The notes beneath the pieces were generated by a model. The model ran no database searches. It had not been told where the DNA came from and saw only the letters and a list, made by a program, of their open reading frames with translations. Position numbers and translations under genes: made by a program. A DNA stretch of 64,000 nt from Phyllobates terribilis (lineage: Eukaryota): the NCBI RefSeq assembly GCF_046119375.1, contig NW_027362764.1:49910001-49974000 (forward strand), written 5' to 3'. Positions 57,623 through 64,000 of the stretch are shown one piece after another; within the stretch, counting starts at the first letter, position 1; each line of letters opens with the position of its first letter.

Positions 57623-58730
57623 GCTCGTGGAGGTGGAAGCTGTCCACAATCTTATGGTGGCAGCGACCGGGTATCCATACTTGATTCCCAGCCACCACTA
57701 TTTTTCCCGGTATCGTCTCCGCCTTCCACAAGCACGGGTCCCACAACATTACCCGTGCCCTCCGCAGTGCACTTACTGGGAAGGACCGCCTACCCACAAA
57801 CACATGGACAGGTGAATGTGGCCAGGGATGGTACGGAGCCAGTCCACAACTTTTTTTGCAGAGTTGTATTTAGATTGGTGAAAGGACTGGCATAGAGGGA
57901 AACCGTATCTACTTTGGGTGTAATTTCTCCCAGGAAGTCCTGTAATGCAGCTTGTTGCAGAAGCAATGACAGCCCGTCCAACATCAACTCGCAATTGTCA
58001 GTGGTGCTTTGACACACACATATCTTTCTTTGCGCATTTAATTTCATGACTACAGACTTGGGCAATGGCCTGATCTGCAATGCGGTTTGAGAAATAGCAT
58101 GCATAAGCACGTCCGATCCCCATTAAAAAAGCAGCCATAGAGTGTCTGGGAACCTTCCCCCACACTTTTCTTAGCCAGGACTGCTTCTCGGCAAGGTTAG
58201 ATGGTCCCACCAGAGAATCCTCTGGTGTGCCCTGGCTTCTACATCGAGAGAGTTCATGATAGCGCTAACTTTGCAGCTGCTAAGGGGCTCTTGAGCGGGG
58301 GAGAAAGGTGAGCCCTCAGAATCAAATCCTCTCGTGGGCACAATGTTTTTTAATCTGAAACAGCTTCTCAGGGGGAGTTGTATTTTATCACAGCCATATT
58401 CTTTAGCTCGGTGAAAGGACTGGCATAGAGGGAAACCGTATCTACCCCGGCTGTCATTTCTCCGTCACCAGGTTCCTCCCATTGTCACACACGACCATGC
58501 CTGGCTGTATGTTCAGCGGTGAGAGCCACAGATCAGGCTGCTGTGTTACAGCTTTCAACAACTCTGCAGCGCTGGGCGGTTTGTCAATTAAGCATTAAGC
58601 ATGTTTTCTTCAGCACAGCCTTTTGCCGCTTGGCCAAGGCAGTGCTGCAGTGCTGTCAGCTTGTGACTGATGTGGTCATTTCGGAGATGGAGGAGGATGC
58701 GCATGAGCTGAACAATGTGATTACATTGAG
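57623..58730 (-). mobile_element. Decayed hAT transposase-related fragments
   Basis: ~58467-58693 is a diverged copy of ~62310-62510 (DKP..A..L...L..WL.PLN.QPGMVVCDNG region); GGACTGGCATAGAGGGAAACCGTATCTAC occurs twice. Confidence 0.6.
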
Positions 58731-59189
58731 GTTAAATTGGTGACGCTGCTTTTTATACTAAAGAAAGATCCTATTGTTTTGATTTTTTCAACGTTATTTT
58801 TTAAGACAAATGCACTCACCAGGAATGTCATTTTAACATTTTACAATCTTATCTGGCAATGTGGTGTGTGACACATCATCAGACACATCCTGTTTTATTT
58901 ATGATAGACGGACTCTGAAATTCATAAAGCCTATTTTGTACAGGGCCGTCAGACGGCCCTTACTATTCTTAAAAGGCCAGCAGTCGGCCCTCGCTATTGT
59001 TAGAGAGCCATCAGCCGGCTATGCTTTGTTGTTCCCATTATTAACAAGTAGGTCTCCTATACTGTACAGTGACTTCAACGGCTGCCAAAAATTTGCACGC
59101 AACCCAATACTCCTTTGAAGAGACATAGAGGAGGGTCTCAGTAAAAAAAAATGTTCCCATTATAGTGGTAATGCCCATGCTGTGACTGC

Positions 59190-60420
59190 ATGGGCTGCCA
59201 AAATTTGGGAGAAACCCCACTAAGAATTTAAAGACACATAGAGCAGGGCCACAGTAACGACAAATTCCCATTAGAAAGGAGAGAGTCTGCTATACAGTTA
59301 TAGGGTATGCAGTGAGTCCAACGGCTGACCAATTTTAGGAAAAACCCCACTAAGAATTTAAAGACACATAGAGCAGGGCCACAGTAACAAGTACGACATG
59401 TTCCCATTAGAAAGGAGAGGGTCTGCTATACAGTTATTGTTATGATCTACAACAAGTACTAAGGAAAGAAGGGGAAAGCTTTCCCTTCAGTAAGACTAAG
59501 CTGAATCCCTACGATGTAGCGGGCTGCCTGTTCCTAGCGAACGGACCCGCCTTAGTCCTCGGCTAGTCTGAACGAAGACCTATAGAATAAAGGGAAGGGG
59601 TCCCTAAAAGAACTAAGGACTGGAACAAAAATGGGACACCTCCTAAACAGAGAAAGTTGTTGCCGAACACAAAAAGATAAACTGACAAAAAGGTACTAGA
59701 GGTCCCAGAAGGACCAAGTCAACTGACAGAGATAGGTACAGAAGCACCTGGCTAGAAAAACAGTCAAACAACACTGAAGTCCAGCAAAAAGGCGGAGCTG
59801 GAATGTAAAGGCAGATGGTCACGTGACCGCAAAACACAAGATAGAAAAAACAAACAGGAGGGTTCTAACAGTTATAGGGTATGCAGTGAGTACAACGGCT
59901 GACCAATTTTAGGAAAAATCTCACTAAGAATTTAAAGACACATAGAGCAGGGCCACAGTAACAAGTACGACATGTTCCCAATAGAAAGGAGAGAGTCTGC
60001 TATACAGTTATAGGGCATGCAGTGAGTCCAACGGCTGACCAAATTTAGGAAAAATCTCACTAAGAATTTAAAGACACATTGAGCAAGGCCACAGTAACAA
60101 GTACGACAAGTTCCCATTAGAAAGGAGATGGTCTGCTATACAGTTATAGGGTATGCAGTGAGTCCAACGGCTGACGAATTTTAGGAAAAGCCCCACTAAG
60201 AATTTAAAGACACATAGAGCAGGGCCACAGTAACAAGGTACGACATGTTCCCATTAGAAAGGAGAGGGTCTGCTATACAGTTATAGGATATGCAGTTAGT
60301 CGAACATCTGACCAATTTTAGGAAAAACCCCACTAAAAATTTAAAGACATATAGAGCAGGGCCACAGTAATGACAAATTCTCATTAGAAAGGAGAGGGTC
60401 TCCTATAGTGTTGGCCTATG
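59190..60420. repeat. ~131-137-bp tandem repeats, probably the subterminal region of the hAT element
   Basis: AAGAATTTAAAGACACATAGAGCAGGGCCACAGTAAC...TTCCCATTAGAAAGGAGAG repeated six times. Confidence 0.85.
59438..59870. mobile_element. Solo LTR (433 bp)
   Basis: TGTTA...TAACA termini; 5-bp TSD GTTAT (59433-59437, 59871-59875). Confidence 0.9.
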
Positions 60421-60821
60421 CAGTGAATGCAAGGGCTGCCAAAAATTGGGGGGCACTTCAATGCCCCTTGGAAGAGACTTAGAGGGCCTCATAAAAAAAT
60501 GTTCCCATTAGAAAGGAGCGGGTCTCCTATACTTGGAATTCCCATGCACTAAATGTATGGGCTGACAAACATTTACCCCTGGGGGGTATACATGAACATA
60601 TTGTATAATTTTTATTTTTTACTGGCACCATAAACACTCTTTAAAAAAATTGTGTGGGTGTTGCATCACGGACCACGGTCACCCTGGTGATATGGTGGTG
60701 GAGGATGAGGAGAAGGTGGAGGACAAGAGCAAATAGCCAAAATCAGGAGGCGTATACCCATGTGTGGATGTGATGAGGTGCATGGGAATACACCTCCCAA
60801 AAAAAGACACTGGATTTGAGT

Positions 60822-63800
60822 TTATGTTACGCTGCTATCATTCGGTGGTGTTGAGAGGTCTGGCCCAATGTAGCCCTTGTTCATTATTATAAGAGTCAGC
60901 CTGTCAGCATTTTCAGTTGACAGACGGATGCGCTTATCAGTTATAATTCCACCAGCGGCACTAAAATCCCGCTCTGATAAAACGCTAGCGGCAGGACAGC
61001 CCAGGACCTCCAAGTTGTAGAGAGCCAGTTCATTCCATGTATCCAGCTTGGATACCCAATAATTAAAAGGCACAGAGTAATCACGGAGGACGTTGGTTTG
61101 GTCGGCAAGGTCCTCTCTCAGCATCTTCCCAAACTTTGCACTCCTTGTGAGAGTACCCCGCACTTCAGGGCCTGTGCGATAGGAGGGTCTGAGAAAACTG
61201 TCCCAGAACTTTGAGTGTTCCCCTGCCTCTGCTGAATTGCATTTGTGTCTCTCTCACCTGTACTCCTTGGTTGTCCAACGAACTGTAACCCCTGCCGCCA
61301 GCGATTTCAGATAGGAATGTTTTAATAGTTCCGTAACAAGGGCCTTCTGGTACTGCCCCAATTTTGTACACCTGTCCGCCTCAGGAATAAGAGATATAAA
61401 GTTCTCCTTGTAGCGTGGGTCTAGAAGTGTCACCAACCAGTAATGACTGTCACTCAAAATTTTGAGGACGCGAGGGTCATGGGAAAGGCAGCATAACATA
61501 AACTCTGCCATGCGTGCCAGACTGCTAACAGGCAAGACTTCCATGTCCTCACCAAGAGGATGACTGACCATGCTCTCCTCCTCCTCCTCCTCTCTGTCCT
61601 CTGGCAATCCACGCTGAACAGACGGTATGACAGTTGTGCAGGTAGTACCATCTATAGCACATGAAACTAGCTCCTGTTCTTCCTCCTCCTCCTCTTCCTC
61701 ATTGTCCCCCAATCCACGTTGGGATGAGATGAGGCTGGGCTGTGTGTAATCACCCTGTATGGTTCCTTGCTCCATCTCATCGTGCTCCGCCTGCAATGCA
61801 TCCTCTTTGATTGTGAGCAGAGAGCATTTCAGAAGACAGAGAAGCAGTATGGTGACGCTAGTTATGGCGTCATCGCCGCTCACCATCTTGGTGGAGTCCT
61901 CAAAGTTTTGGAGGATGGTACATATGTCTGACATCCATGTCCACTCCTGAGGTCTTATGTGTGGAGTCTGAACTGAATACCGACGGCCTTGTTGATGCTG
62001 GTACTCAACAACTGCCCTCTTCTGCTCACAAATCCTTCCCAACATCTGCAGTGTAGAGTTCCAACGCGTGGGGACATCACATACCAGTCTATGAGCCGGA
62101 AGCTGCAAATGCTGCTGAAACACGGCAAGAGCGGTGGAAGCTGTAGCTGACTTTCTAAAATGGGCACACAGGCAGCGTACTTTAACAAGCAGATCCAGCA
62201 GCTCTGGGTAGGATTTGAGAAACCGCTGAACCACGAGGTTAAGCACATGGGCCAGGCATGGTATGTGTGTGAGCTCGCCTCGCCTCAGAGCCGCCACCAG
62301 GTTCCGGCCATTGTCACACACGACCATGCCTGGCTGTAGGTTCAGCGGTGTGAGCCACAGATCTGCCTGCTCTTTCAGAGCTGTCCACAACTCTTCAGCA
62401 TTATGCGGTTTGTCACCTAAGCATATTAGCTTTAGCACAGCCTGCTGCCCCTTGGCCGAGGCAGTGCTTCCAGCTTGTGACTGATGTGGTCATTTCGGAG
62501 ATGGAGGCTGGAGAGGAGGCTGAGGAGGATGAGGTGCAGGAGCTGTAGACCGTGGGGACAACCCTGATTGACCTAGGGCCCGCAATCCTCACAGTCGGGA
62601 GGACGTGTTCAGTCCCAAGGTCTGACTGGGTCCTGGTTCCACTATGTTAACCCAGTGTGCCGTCAGCGAGAAGTACCGACCCTGCCCACAAGCACTTGTC
62701 CACGTTTCCGTGGTTAGGTGGACTTTCCTGGTAACTGCATTGTTGAGGGCACGGCTAATGTTTTGTGACATGTGCTTGTGTAATGCAGGGACGGCACACC
62801 GGGAGAGATGGTGGCGGCTGGGGACCGAGTACCGAGGGATAGCCGCCGTCATCAGGTTGCGGAATGCTTCCGTCTCCACGAGCCTAAAAGGCAACATTTC
62901 GAGCGCAAGGGAATTTAGTAGTGTGGCCTGTGGGGCGTTGGCTTCGTATTTGTGCTTGCGTTCCAAGGACTGGGGTGTGGACAACTGAACGCTGCGCTGG
63001 GACAAGGACATGGACGTGCTTCCTGATGCTGCTACTTGAGAGTGTTCAACGACAGGTGCAGGGCAGGAGGCATCTTCGCATGTACCATGGACAGGGGATT
63101 GGCTTGCATGCACAACAGCGGAAGAAGCAATGGTGCCACCCGCAGACACTGTTCCTGGACCCTGGGGTTCGGCCCACAAAGTTGGGTGCTTTGCTGCCAT
63201 GTGCCTGATCATGCTGGTGGTGGTCAGGCTGGTCGTTTTGCCACCCCTGCTGATGCTGGTCTGGCAGGTGGTGCAAATGGCCTTTTTGGGTTATTGGCAG
63301 AGTCTTTAAAAAACAACCAGACTCGGGAAGACCTAATAGTTTTACTGGCAACTTCCTTCGTGTTGGTGTTACGGGGAACGGTTGCCTGCCTTCTTTCTGC
63401 GGCCACCTCACTGCTTCTTCCTGCCTGTTGGGGTGCTCTGCCTTCCTCCCCCTGTGTGCTGCTGTCCTCGCTCTGCATGTCCTCCTGGCAGGTTGGGTTA
63501 GTTACTATATCATCCACCACCTCGTCTTCCACTTCTGCACTCTGATCCTCCTCCTGACTTTCTGGCAATTGTATCTCATCATCGTCCACCTCTTGGGACA
63601 CTTTCCCACCGTTGCTTTCGTGTGACCGTGGCTACATGCGATATCCTCTTGCCCCGCTTCAAGTGGACCGGGCGAGAGGCCCGAATCTATAAATGGGAAA
63701 GTAAACAGCTCTTCGGAGTGTCCAAGTGTGGGATCAGTTGTCTCTGGGTACTCGGCATGGTGGGAGGAAGGAGGTTTAGGGTGAGGAATATGCGGTCCAG

Positions 63801-64000
63801 ACTCACAGCTACTGAGACTTGACTGTGTGGAAGACAAGGTGGTGGTGGTGGCTAAGTGACTGGAAGCATTATCTGCTATCCAACCAATAACCTTTTGACA
63901 CTGCTCTGTGTTCAATAGTGGTGTTCTGTGGTCCCCTAGGAATTGGGACAGGAAGGTCAGGCGAGAAGATGTGGGTGTTTGTTGTGGCACAATTTCAGCT
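60822..64000 (-). pseudogene. hAT (Ac/ZBED-like) transposase, frameshifted, extending past the window end
   Basis: BED finger (SRVWLFF...C..C...MIRHMAAKHP), VHLTTETW, VVCDNG, PCLAHVLNLVVQ, CDVPTRWNST, LLDPRYK and hATC YWVSKLDTW.EL...CPAASVLSERDFSAAG, spread over five ORFs in different frames. Confidence 0.93.

Overview
Eukaryotic, repeat-dominated genomic DNA; the repeat repertoire suggests an anuran amphibian (inference). There is no prokaryotic operon, rRNA/tRNA gene or CRISPR array. 1-2.8 kb: a spliced + strand gene of unknown function built from phase-2 micro-exons, three of them tandemly duplicated 84-nt acidic exons. 3-18 kb: nested decayed transposons (Penelope-like GIY-YIG fragments, a DIRS/Ngaro-type RNase H fragment, hAT MITEs with 8-bp TSDs, a TTAA-flanked piggyBac-type element, a solo LTR). 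18.9-26.9 kb: a nearly intact Ty3/Gypsy element with a tRNA-Ser PBS, a -1 frameshift signal and one nonsense codon in pol. 28-55 kb: two satellites (~97 bp and 35 bp), each interrupted by an LTR element. One is an internally deleted element retaining a cold-shock-domain ORF; the other is a pol-less sushi/Tf1-like element with a Gag-57-aa-repeat ORF and an apparent self-priming PBS. 55-64 kb: Tc1 remnants (one apparently seeding a minisatellite), a solo LTR and a degenerate hAT transposase running off the window end. All family assignments are by eye from motifs and recall; no database searches were run.
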